Shown: positions 46,268-55,263 of the stretch, one piece after another
How the letters are laid out: every line of letters starts with the position of its first letter
Numbering within the stretch: the first letter of the stretch is position 1
Source of the DNA: a virus
Lineage: Duplodnaviria > Heunggongvirae > Uroviricota > Caudoviricetes
Length of the DNA: 64,000 nucleotides
Virus record (IMG/VR): IMGVR_UViG_3300029746_000001
Reading direction: 5' to 3' (one strand)
Notes under the pieces: model-generated
Databases searched by the model: none
The model's input: the letters and a program-made list of their open reading frames with translations, nothing else
What the model was told of the DNA's origin: nothing
Program-made: the position numbers and the translations under genes

Positions 46268-46526
46268 TATGGAAAATTACAAAAACACTTTAAATGAGGT
46301 AGTGGTGATCGAATCGTCACCAGAAACGTATTTTGTTTACGCTATTCGTAATGCTATTCGTATCTCTAAATGTGCGTATCCGACAGCCAAGAAAGTAATT
46401 TTCAAAAGAGAGGACGTAGAGGTAGAGATCTCAGAAATGGAAACTGAAAGCAGTTTGTATGAAAAGTTTAAAGAAAAACAAAAGAATAGGGTATGGAACT
46501 TAATGAGCGCCAACAACGGGTTTTAA
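46251..46526 (+). CDS. Hypothetical protein, 91 aa
   Basis: ORF track. Confidence 0.4.
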   Translation: MKQADNMENYKNTLNEVVVIESSPETYFVYAIRNAIRISKCAYPTAKKVIFKREDVEVEISEMETESSLYEKFKEKQKNRVWNLMSANNGF

Positions 46527-47059
46527 GAGGTGAAATTTGTCCTTATTGCGGAAGAGAAACTGAGCTGGTAAATGCCGATAAAATATATAGCAGAAAAGGC
46601 TTAGGGATGGTTATGATGTGCAAACCATGCAACGCTTATGTCGGTGTTCATGAATCAGGGCCGAATAAGGGAAAAGCTAAAGGCCGGCTTGCGGGGCCAT
46701 CACTGAGGTCTCTTAAGATAAGAGTCCATGCCGAACTTGACAGATTATGGTCTACGCCGGAGGAACGGGAAAGGATGTATAAAGATTTATCTGAATTTCT
46801 ATCTATACCGGAAGAGTACACACATATAGGTATGTTTGGCGAGAAGACGATGGGAAAAGTATTTCAATTCTGTCATGTAAACAAAGAGCGATCAGGTTCG
46901 AGAATAGAATTGCATAAACCTGGAGATAAGTGCCCTAATAAAAACAATCAAATAGTGTCAGGAAGTAGCGCATGTAGAGGATGTCCTGAGTATCTTCATG
47001 ATGAGAAAGACGGGTATGTCTGGTGTGATCCTGATATGAGTTACGGCAGGTTGAAATAG
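46493..47059 (+). CDS. Hypothetical Cys-rich protein, 188 aa
   Basis: ORF track; CPYCGRE...CKPCNAY. Confidence 0.45.
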   Translation: MELNERQQRVLRGEICPYCGRETELVNADKIYSRKGLGMVMMCKPCNAYVGVHESGPNKGKAKGRLAGPSLRSLKIRVHAELDRLWSTPEERERMYKDLSEFLSIPEEYTHIGMFGEKTMGKVFQFCHVNKERSGSRIELHKPGDKCPNKNNQIVSGSSACRGCPEYLHDEKDGYVWCDPDMSYGRLK

Positions 47060-47072
47060 GGCGAGAATTGCC

Positions 47073-47080
47073 TATCTTTG
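47073..47080 (+). promoter_or_regulatory. -7 box TAtcTTTG
   Basis: Matches TAnnTTTG. Confidence 0.3.
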
Positions 47081-47389
47081 TGCTATTATCAATCAAAAAA
47101 ATGTAAGAAGATGGGCAGATCAACAGAGTACTACAGGACTCATCCCGAAGCCAGGAAGAAAAAGGCTAAAAAAGACAAGGAGATAAATGCCAGACCGGAA
47201 CAGAAAGCCAAACGCCGGGAGCTTGGTCGTAAAAACTACGAAACGGACAAGAAGAAGGGTAAGGGCTGGAGAAAAGGCAAGGATTGTTCTCATACCAAGA
47301 ACGGTCTTAGGTATAAATCAGTAAAAGCTAATAGGGGATCCAAATCGGATACAAAAGGTGACAAAAATGCACGAGGAGATAGCAAATAG
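47078..47389 (+). CDS. Highly basic K/R-rich protein, 103 aa (histone-like or DNA-binding)
   Basis: Composition. Confidence 0.35.
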   Translation: MCYYQSKKCKKMGRSTEYYRTHPEARKKKAKKDKEINARPEQKAKRRELGRKNYETDKKKGKGWRKGKDCSHTKNGLRYKSVKANRGSKSDTKGDKNARGDSK

Positions 47390-48491
47390 GATAGATATAA
47401 GAAGGATATTCAAGACCTCTAAACAGGTCATGGAAGAGGCGTATGAGAATATCTTGAAATACAGGCGGGGAGAGCTTATCCCCGCTAAAACCGGATACGA
47501 TTATATTGATGAGGCTTTGCTTGGAGGTATTTTCCCTCAGCATGCTATTGCCATAGGAGCCCGGCCATCTGTAGGTAAATCGTATGTGGCCCAAAAGATA
47601 TTGAAAAATGTGATGAATCCGATGATCAACCCGCAAGCAGAAGATTATTTTCTTGTTAATTGCGAGTTCGAAATGAATCCTCAAGATCTTCTTCTTCGTA
47701 GAATGAGCCAGGATATGAAAAAGCGGGCTCCTGAAATATTAAGAAGGCAAGATTCTAATACAGTGGAAGAGATGAGGATGTTTGAAATTCTTCAAGGTGA
47801 AATCAGGAATAATATAATATACATCGATGCTCCGTGTACGGTAAAAGAGTTTGAGGCGGCTGTGTATCATATAGCTACCAAACATAAAGACAAACGTCTT
47901 ATAATATTTAAAGTCGATCATATTGCTTTGATAAAAAGAATGGGGTTAGATCCTAAGTCAGCTATAGATGATTTGGTGGCGGTTATGAACGAAGCTAAAT
48001 TAGTATATAAAAACATATTTTTCCTCATCATATCCCAATTCAACAGAGAAATAGAAGGAAGGATAAAAAGCCCACAAGAGCAGCCTCCGCGTCTTTCTGA
48101 TTTTTACCAGTCTGATACGCTGGGTCAGTTATGTACGTTAATGATAGGTTTGCACAATCCTCGTAGGTACGGGCTGGATAAGTATATGATATTTGGGAAA
48201 GATTGGTATCAGACTCTTGATAGGTTTAAAACTGAAAACAAAACATCATTCAGGACAGCCGGACTGGTGTTTCATCATATACTGAAGGTAAGGCAAGTTA
48301 GTATGGAAGAGCTTACTAATACAATCCACCCAGAGATCTTGCCGGGGCATGAATGGATGTACGGGGAGGGAGGGACGAAGTTCGTGAACCCCAACCAACC
48401 GCCGACGCCGCCCAAGCTCTATACTGTGGAAGATGTTACGGACAATCAGGAACAAGAACAAGAGACAAAAGAAGAACAGTCATTGTATTAA
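47358..48491 (+). CDS. DnaB-family replicative helicase (RecA-like C-terminal domain)
   Basis: TGYDYIDEALLGGIFPQHAIAIGARPSVGKSYVA, IFKVDHIALI and IISQFNREIEGR align with DnaB H1/H2/H4 motifs. Confidence 0.65.
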   Translation: MTKMHEEIANRIDIRRIFKTSKQVMEEAYENILKYRRGELIPAKTGYDYIDEALLGGIFPQHAIAIGARPSVGKSYVAQKILKNVMNPMINPQAEDYFLVNCEFEMNPQDLLLRRMSQDMKKRAPEILRRQDSNTVEEMRMFEILQGEIRNNIIYIDAPCTVKEFEAAVYHIATKHKDKRLIIFKVDHIALIKRMGLDPKSAIDDLVAVMNEAKLVYKNIFFLIISQFNREIEGRIKSPQEQPPRLSDFYQSDTLGQLCTLMIGLHNPRRYGLDKYMIFGKDWYQTLDRFKTENKTSFRTAGLVFHHILKVRQVSMEELTNTIHPEILPGHEWMYGEGGTKFVNPNQPPTPPKLYTVEDVTDNQEQEQETKEEQSLY

Positions 48492-48506
48492 AAAAAAATA
48501 AGAACC

Positions 48507-49109
48507 ATGAGACTAACAGTAGAAGAAAACGAATACCTGATAAGTAAGTTCCTTTTGGTTCTTACTGAATTTGCAGGGGATGAAAGAGAGATGTTTTTAA
48601 TCAACTCCATACATGATAAGGCGGTGGCGGATATGAATTATCGTCTTCCGTCTTTAATAAGCAGAGAACGTAAAAGACGAGTCATTGAGCTCCTTAAAGA
48701 AGGAACCAGAATAATCAAGGACTTTTCCGGCTATGCAGGTGATATGGGTATGATTAACGAATACGATCGTCTAAAGAAAGAAATAGGTACCGTCCAAGAC
48801 CAGCTTGGTGACGTAGAAGGTCAACTTCGGGCAGCAGGAGAAGTTATTAAAAAAGAACTTGATATGATTGCTGACCGAATCAAAGAAGACCTCCTCGACC
48901 GGGAGCTGGCTAAAAGTAATGCCGAGGCTGAAAGAAAAGCCAAAGTAGATCCGAGATACGAAGTAGCTTTAGGTGATTACAAGGAAATGTTGGAAGTGAT
49001 TTTTACAACCAGAAACAAGTATTCTACGGTAGATTCTGTACATGACGATCTTCGCCAGTCGGTATCTACCGGTAGAAATTCGATTATTAAAGAAGGGTAC
49101 AACAGTTAA
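48507..49109 (+). CDS. Hypothetical protein, 200 aa
   Basis: ORF track. Confidence 0.45.
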   Translation: MRLTVEENEYLISKFLLVLTEFAGDEREMFLINSIHDKAVADMNYRLPSLISRERKRRVIELLKEGTRIIKDFSGYAGDMGMINEYDRLKKEIGTVQDQLGDVEGQLRAAGEVIKKELDMIADRIKEDLLDRELAKSNAEAERKAKVDPRYEVALGDYKEMLEVIFTTRNKYSTVDSVHDDLRQSVSTGRNSIIKEGYNS

Positions 49110-49124
49110 AAACAAGGAGGGAAT

Positions 49125-49322
49125 ATGGAAAAGAAGGAATTTAAAGTAGGAGAAGTATTTGATGCCGGACTTGTAAGATTAAAATGTGTGGAAGGTGATA
49201 CATGCGATAGGTGTATATTCGAAGATTACGATTCTTGTTCATGTACAGACATAATTGTTGGTCCATGTGGACATGTTGATAGACAAAATAACAAGAATGT
49301 TATTTTTATTAAAGCTGATTAA
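49125..49322 (+). CDS. Small Cys-rich protein, 65 aa (CDRCIFEDYDSCSC); paralog of 23412
   Basis: Shared CDRCIF motif. Confidence 0.45.
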   Translation: MEKKEFKVGEVFDAGLVRLKCVEGDTCDRCIFEDYDSCSCTDIIVGPCGHVDRQNNKNVIFIKAD

Positions 49323-49324
49323 AA

Positions 49325-50038
49325 ATGTACATCAATTTCAGACAACTTGCAGCATCAGACATGACCCCTAATGATCTTGCTAATCTTCTTGCCATAAGAC
49401 AGAAGGATACGGTTATGATCGAAGCCATGCCGGAAGAAGATGCTGGGAGGTATATAGAGCTTGGCCTGGTTGAGAAATTAAAATCAGGCGTGATGAGATT
49501 AACCAACAAAGGAACGTCTTTTGTAAATTATATAGAGACACCGGAAATGACAGACGAGGTTCTGGAAACGTTGAAGATTATGATAGGAATGTACGAATCG
49601 TATTCAAAAGACATAGGTGCCAGCAGAAAAGAAGCGGAATCCAGGTTGTGTTGGTTTATGGGTAACACCTCATTCAAGAAAGAGGTCATACTTCAGGTAA
49701 CGGAATCTTATATAGCAGAGTCAGGAGATTATACAATGAGCTTATGTAACTTTATATGGAAACCGCCTTCTCAGGCTTTTTCAGTCCATATGAACCTTAA
49801 AAACTCAAAGCTCTTCGACTTAATAGCTGAAAAATTCAAGATCGCTACCGAGCCTTATTTGGAGTCTAAGAAGAATAAGGAAATGGATTGGTTGTTTGCC
49901 GTATCTAAATTGCCTACGCCGCCGGCTAAAGGCAATCCGGATTATTTGTTTACCGGAAGTTCTGAAACAGACAAAGAGAGATTGAAAAACATAAAAACGT
50001 ATTTATTTAACAAAATTAGAAAGCAATGGAAAAAGTAG
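49325..50038 (+). CDS. Hypothetical protein, 237 aa
   Basis: ORF track. Confidence 0.5.
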   Translation: MYINFRQLAASDMTPNDLANLLAIRQKDTVMIEAMPEEDAGRYIELGLVEKLKSGVMRLTNKGTSFVNYIETPEMTDEVLETLKIMIGMYESYSKDIGASRKEAESRLCWFMGNTSFKKEVILQVTESYIAESGDYTMSLCNFIWKPPSQAFSVHMNLKNSKLFDLIAEKFKIATEPYLESKKNKEMDWLFAVSKLPTPPAKGNPDYLFTGSSETDKERLKNIKTYLFNKIRKQWKK

Positions 50039-50277
50039 AAATCAGAAAGATTATAGAGGATATAATTATTACTCAGTTTCTTAATTCAGAAATGGATATA
50101 GTTCATGAAGAAGATGTGACGTTTAAAGAACTTGGATTAGATTCTCTTGATCAAATTGAACTTGAAATGATGGTGGAACAAAAATTCAATATTGTTATTA
50201 TTGATTATGATATGGAGACCATCAAAGATATGACTGATCTTGTTTACAAAACAATAACAGAAGGATATGGGAAGTGA
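50026..50277 (+). CDS. acpP: Acyl carrier protein-like, 83 aa
   Basis: ELGLDSLDQIELEMMVEQKFNIVI aligns with the ACP phosphopantetheine site LGADSLDTVELVMALEEEF. Confidence 0.6.
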   Translation: MEKVEIRKIIEDIIITQFLNSEMDIVHEEDVTFKELGLDSLDQIELEMMVEQKFNIVIIDYDMETIKDMTDLVYKTITEGYGK

Positions 50278-50761
50278 TATAATTTTATGCATGGCTTTAA
50301 TAGCGTCATTTGCTTTTGTTATACAGTTTTTGTTGTCGATATTAGGATCTGATCTGGATACGGATATTGACATTGACAGTGCTTCTGATTTAAGCATGTC
50401 TTTGTCGGACATCATATCATTCAAGGGCATAACACATTTCATTCTTGGATATAGCTGGACTACTTACTTTTCGGGTTCCCATTTAGTAGGGGTTGTGATA
50501 GGGTCGTTTTTCTTTATCGTTTTGTTTTACGTATATAAGTTACTTCTTAAGTTAAAGCAAGAAATGGTGTACGAATGTCCGGAAGATTTAAACGGAAGAG
50601 AAGTGGAGATAGTATTTAGATCAGGGAAGAATCATTATATGGTAAATATTTCTAAAAATGGAAGACAAGAGCAAATGAGAGTAAGATGCTTGTCTGGAAA
50701 AACCTACAAAAACGGCGACAAGGCGAATATAAAATATGAAGAAGGAGAATTAAGTATCTAA
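50267..50761 (+). CDS. NfeD-like (YuaF-type) membrane protein
   Basis: N-terminal TM helices plus a short C-terminal beta domain; positioned immediately upstream of the flotillin gene, as in yuaF-floT. Confidence 0.45.
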   Translation: MGSDIILCMALIASFAFVIQFLLSILGSDLDTDIDIDSASDLSMSLSDIISFKGITHFILGYSWTTYFSGSHLVGVVIGSFFFIVLFYVYKLLLKLKQEMVYECPEDLNGREVEIVFRSGKNHYMVNISKNGRQEQMRVRCLSGKTYKNGDKANIKYEEGELSI

Positions 50762-50792
50762 TTTTTTTATCAACAATTAAATTTTAAAAGTT

Positions 50793-52493
50793 ATGACAAC
50801 AATCATGTACGTGTCAGCTATCTTAGCTGTAGTGATTATTTTGACAATCATCGGAGTCTTATCAAGGTATCGTAGATGTAAGCCTAATCAGGTCTTGGTC
50901 GTTTACGGTAAGACAGGTGGGGAAAAGAAGTCGGCAAAATTATATCATGGTGGAGCGGCATTTGTCTTGCCTATTATTCAAAGCTATGATGTTTTGTCAA
51001 TGGAGCCTATGCAAATAGATTGCAAGCTTACCGGTGCTTTGTCATCTCAGAATATTAGAGTAGATGTACCTACGACCATTACAGTAGCTATCAGTACAAA
51101 TCCCGAAATCATGCAAAATGCGGCAGAAAGACTTTTGGGGATGAATACCGAATCTACTGAAAATCTTATTACGGACATCGTTTACGGTCAGATGCGTTTG
51201 ATTATTGCTGAAATGACAATCGAAAAACTTAATTCTGACAGGGATGAGTTTTTGGATAAGGCGAGAAAGAACATTGATAACGAGCTTAACAAGTTAGGTC
51301 TTTACCTCCTGAACATCAACATCAGTGACATCAGAGACGAAGCCGGTTATATTATGAACCTTGGTAAGGAAGCTGAAAGTAGGGCTCTGAACGAGGCACA
51401 GGCTAATATCGAAGAACAGGAGAAGCTGGGTGCTATTAAAATTGCTGTACAGCAGAAGGAAAAAGAAACGGCTGTGGCTAATACCAAAAAAGAACAAGAG
51501 ATTCAAATTGCTTGTACTGAAAAAGAAAAGGAGACAATAGTAGCTGAAACGAAGAAAGAAAAAGAAATAGCTTTAGCTTTAACCGATAAAGAGAAACAGA
51601 TCGGTGTAGCTCAAGCAGATAGAGACAGGGCTGCGGTTATCGCAAAAACTTTAACCGACAAGGAATCGGCGATCGTAAGATCTAAGGCAGAACTTGAAGT
51701 AAATAAAGCCGAGGCTGAAAGAATGGAAGAAGTCGGAAAGAATAAGGCTGAAGCTGACAAGGAAGCAGCTATAGCAATACAAGACTCTGAAGCTCAGATT
51801 AAGAAGGCTGAGGCTGAGAAAAATGCGTCTATAGGATACAACAATGCCCAGAAGGAGGTTGCTGTATCAGTATCAGAACTACAGATCATCAAAGCTCAAT
51901 CAGAGAAGAAGGCCGGAGAAGAAAAAGTTAAATCGGAAGCGGCTGTAAAAACAGCAAAAGAGCTTGCCGACAAAGAAGTGGAAGAAGCTAAGGCTAAGAA
52001 AGTTCAGGCTGCGCTTAAGGCTGAAAAGATTGTGCCGGCTGAAACCCAGAAGGAAGAGGCTATCTTGCAAGCTGATGCTGAGGCAGAGAAGATCAAACGC
52101 CGGGCTGAGGCAGAAGCAGCAGCACATTTGGCAAAAGCTGAGGCGGAGGCAAAAGCTATTCAGATGAAGCTGGAGGCAGAAGCCGAAGGTAAGAAAAAAT
52201 CGTTGATGGCAGAAGCCGACGGATTTAAGGCTATGGTGGAAGCAGCAGAATCCAATCCTCAGATAGCCATCCAGTACAAGATGGTTAATCAGTGGAAAGA
52301 AATTGCTGGAGAACAGGTTAAGGCGTTCGAGCACATTAACCTCGGAAATATCACGGTATTTGACGGCGGTCAGAACAGTACCGGTAATTTCCTTAACAAT
52401 GTTGTTAAGACCGTCGCTCCGGCATTGGGAGTCATTGATCAGCTTCCGATTGCAGATACTTTAAAGAAGCTAAAAGGAGATGACAAAAAATAA
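50793..52493 (+). CDS. Flotillin-like SPFH/Band-7 protein, 566 aa
   Basis: N-terminal TM segment, an SPFH core, then a long EA-rich coiled coil (AEAEKNA..., AEAEAKA...). Confidence 0.65.
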   Translation: MTTIMYVSAILAVVIILTIIGVLSRYRRCKPNQVLVVYGKTGGEKKSAKLYHGGAAFVLPIIQSYDVLSMEPMQIDCKLTGALSSQNIRVDVPTTITVAISTNPEIMQNAAERLLGMNTESTENLITDIVYGQMRLIIAEMTIEKLNSDRDEFLDKARKNIDNELNKLGLYLLNINISDIRDEAGYIMNLGKEAESRALNEAQANIEEQEKLGAIKIAVQQKEKETAVANTKKEQEIQIACTEKEKETIVAETKKEKEIALALTDKEKQIGVAQADRDRAAVIAKTLTDKESAIVRSKAELEVNKAEAERMEEVGKNKAEADKEAAIAIQDSEAQIKKAEAEKNASIGYNNAQKEVAVSVSELQIIKAQSEKKAGEEKVKSEAAVKTAKELADKEVEEAKAKKVQAALKAEKIVPAETQKEEAILQADAEAEKIKRRAEAEAAAHLAKAEAEAKAIQMKLEAEAEGKKKSLMAEADGFKAMVEAAESNPQIAIQYKMVNQWKEIAGEQVKAFEHINLGNITVFDGGQNSTGNFLNNVVKTVAPALGVIDQLPIADTLKKLKGDDKK

Positions 52494-52510
52494 ATACAAT
52501 GGCCCAAGGT

Positions 52511-52532
52511 TACACTTGGGCCTAATTGAAGA
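52511..52532 (+). terminator. Hairpin ggcccaag/cttgggcc after the flotillin gene (weak T-tract)
   Basis: 8 bp GC-rich stem with a 6 nt loop. Confidence 0.35.
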
Positions 52533-53022
52533 AATAAAAGCAGCATTCATAGATTTCCTGCCGGCAGGAACAGTGCTTTACTAATTACGATATTTTTAAC
52601 ATGGATTTTGGACAAGATTTAGAACCAGAAGAACTGACCAAGCATTATGATCGGTGTTATAACCCCAAATAGTATTAACCCAATATAATTCTATTATAAA
52701 AGTTTAATACATCTCTTTCAGAGATCGGGTTATTAGCCTAAGCCTTGAAACAGAGGCTACGTTATTTGAGAATAAATAGTTACCAAGGAATGTTTATCCA
52801 AGTTTCTTGCTCTAAGGATGGTGATTAAACAGGAGTAGTGTATTTGACGAAACAGTGTTGCCATTATATAAAACCTCTTATAACATTGGCGATGGGTACT
52901 TACAGGAGAAATCCTGACTTATCCCTAACGGGATTTACATCTACCAAGGAGACCGGAAGGTCTCCGAGGGGATGTATTAAAACATATGAATAGCTTTAAA
53001 TATATTTAATAGAATATGAGAT

Positions 53023-53370
53023 ATGGAATTGATTTTGAAACAGAAGAAGAGGAGGATGAAGAATATGACGGATGAGGAATTTGTATTGGATAATAAGAAA
53101 AAGGTTGTTGTAAGAAAAAGAATATCTTATTTAAACAAAGGGGATAAAGTGTGGATCGTGTCTTCCGACGGGTATCTGCTACACACGGACGTGGTTAGAG
53201 CCGAACGCGGACGGTCTTATGTGGATATAGACGGTATCCTGTATTGGAAACGAGGATTGGATGGCAAGCATCGTAATCGTAATAACTACATGCAGTTCGC
53301 CATGACGCCGGAGGACGGTAAGAAGTATGTCGTATATTACCCGGAAGGATTTAAAGACAATGACTTATGA
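53023..53370 (+). CDS. Hypothetical protein, 115 aa
   Basis: ORF track. Confidence 0.45.
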   Translation: MELILKQKKRRMKNMTDEEFVLDNKKKVVVRKRISYLNKGDKVWIVSSDGYLLHTDVVRAERGRSYVDIDGILYWKRGLDGKHRNRNNYMQFAMTPEDGKKYVVYYPEGFKDNDL

Positions 53371-54386
53371 TGGTCCCGGAAACGCATTTGCTATATAAGG
53401 AGTTTAATGGCGTGAAACGTCTTGCCATATCTTATTCCCAGATAGACACGTTTCTTACTTGTCCAATGAAATGGTATAAGACTTACGTAGAGGGCAAAAG
53501 GTCTACGGAAAAACAAGAAGCTACGTCTTATGGTACGGTTATCCATAAGACACTGGAATACTTCTTTAAGAACGGAAGACAGCCTTCTGGAAAAGACCTG
53601 GGGGAAGCTATAAGTTACTATGCTTACCAAGAAGACATACCTTGGCAATCACCGGAAAATATGATGATAGCCATGAAGCAATCCGGGGAGCTTCTTGCTT
53701 GGATTGTGGATCTGTTCAAAAAAGACGGCAATAGGTTTATGATAGCTGATAGTGATCTTAATCCCTGCGAGAAACTTATCAGACACAGCGCTATAGTTGG
53801 AGTCGAAGAAGATTTTGTGCTGCCGTACCGTCTTCCTAAGCCTGTTAACATAAATGGAGTAATTCATACTCATGTGTACATAGTAGGATCGGTAGACCTT
53901 CATCTGGCTATAAAAAGCAAGAACGTAGTTCACCATTATGTCATAGATTGGAAATCAGGTAATAAGGTTTTTGATTCTAAGAAGTTGGAAACAAATTTAC
54001 AGCATCCTATATATTCATTTTACATCTATAGAAGATATGGTGGGGTTCTACCAGATATGAACATCTATTTCTTTACCAGGACCAGGCAGTACCAAAAGGT
54101 TAAGGTAGATGAGGAACGTAAAACAAAATCTATAGAGATGCTAAATGACACTTTGTCTAAAATGTATGATTTTGAAGATAATAGTGTAAAATCATTTCAA
54201 GCGTACATCCAGGGAGCAGAAGGAGCCAGGTATAGCAAGCGGCGTGCCACCCTAAGCCAGCCTGTTTCGCAAAACAAGCTACCCTGCCCGTCAGCACTGT
54301 GTTATTATTGTGACTTTGGATTACATAACAAAAACGAATGCCCTTTCTCTTCGGATTGGGATCCGTCTAAAAAGATAAAACGATGA
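53367..54386 (+). CDS. Cas4-like PD-(D/E)XK nuclease with a 4-Cys Fe-S cluster
   Basis: SYSQIDTFLTCPMKWY (N-terminal Cys), GTVIHKTLE, VIDWKSG (DxK), and the C-terminal CPSALCYYCDFGLHNKNEC. Confidence 0.65.
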   Translation: MMVPETHLLYKEFNGVKRLAISYSQIDTFLTCPMKWYKTYVEGKRSTEKQEATSYGTVIHKTLEYFFKNGRQPSGKDLGEAISYYAYQEDIPWQSPENMMIAMKQSGELLAWIVDLFKKDGNRFMIADSDLNPCEKLIRHSAIVGVEEDFVLPYRLPKPVNINGVIHTHVYIVGSVDLHLAIKSKNVVHHYVIDWKSGNKVFDSKKLETNLQHPIYSFYIYRRYGGVLPDMNIYFFTRTRQYQKVKVDEERKTKSIEMLNDTLSKMYDFEDNSVKSFQAYIQGAEGARYSKRRATLSQPVSQNKLPCPSALCYYCDFGLHNKNECPFSSDWDPSKKIKR

Positions 54387-54552
54387 AATACGAGGACGTT
54401 CAAAAGTTAAGAACAAAATACCGGCAAGATCCGGAAGTTATAAACGTAGAATGCATGAGAGACGTTGCTGTAAGATGTGGGAATTTCAAGAAAGCATTTG
54501 AACTTCAGGAGAAGCTGGAGGATATATGGTTTAACTACTTAAAGGGAGTCCA

Positions 54553-54882
54553 ATGAAAGAAGATCTAATATGTGGAGTAGCGATCCTTTTGTATTTAGTT
54601 TTATTATACTTGCTCACGACAGCTTTCATAAAAACAGGTAGAGCAGTAGATTGTTATAAGATGAAGAAGAAAACTGACAAAATCAAAGTAGGTCAAAGAT
54701 ACGAACATAAGAACTACTTTGAGGATCCATTTGAAAGAGGCAAGCATGTGATTAAGATATTAGACATAAAAGAAGGGTACGTTCTATATGAGTACGAAGA
54801 AAAACCATATATACGTTCTTCTGTGAGTCTTGAAGATATTGTTAAAAAATACATTTTAATTACTGATGTTAAACACAAGTAA
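54553..54882 (+). CDS. Hypothetical protein, 109 aa, with an N-terminal TM helix
   Basis: ORF track. Confidence 0.4.
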   Translation: MKEDLICGVAILLYLVLLYLLTTAFIKTGRAVDCYKMKKKTDKIKVGQRYEHKNYFEDPFERGKHVIKILDIKEGYVLYEYEEKPYIRSSVSLEDIVKKYILITDVKHK

Positions 54883-54885
54883 GTC

Positions 54886-55263
54886 ATGAAAAAAGAAGTC
54901 ACAATCAAGGAAGATATGGCTGTGTTTTATAAAAATACAGGAAAAGAACTATGGATTTATAACGGACTTTTCAGAAACAAGGTGTTGTCTATAAAAAAAG
55001 ATAAAGCCATTATCATGTGTGAAACTGATGCTGAATATGCTGTACTGATAGAAGATAATCAGTTTATTGCCGTAGCAAAAAACATGGATTATGATTACTG
55101 CTGCGCATTCACATTAGGTAATGCCGAGGCTTATGGGGATCGTATGGGCATATCGTGCAGTGTATGCTTGCTTGAAGATAACGAAGATAAAGCAAGGGAG
55201 ATGTTGAAAGAGGCGATAATAGAACTTTCAAAAAACAGTAAAATAGATTGCGATGGGCTTTGA
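54886..55263 (+). CDS. Hypothetical protein, 125 aa
   Basis: ORF track. Confidence 0.4.
   Translation: MKKEVTIKEDMAVFYKNTGKELWIYNGLFRNKVLSIKKDKAIIMCETDAEYAVLIEDNQFIAVAKNMDYDYCCAFTLGNAEAYGDRMGISCSVCLLEDNEDKAREMLKEAIIELSKNSKIDCDGL

Noticed and set aside
51900-52334. ORFs 51900..52334 (minus) and 51964..52167 (plus) inside the flotillin gene
   Set aside because: These are frame artefacts of the GAA/GCT-rich EA-repeat coiled-coil region.
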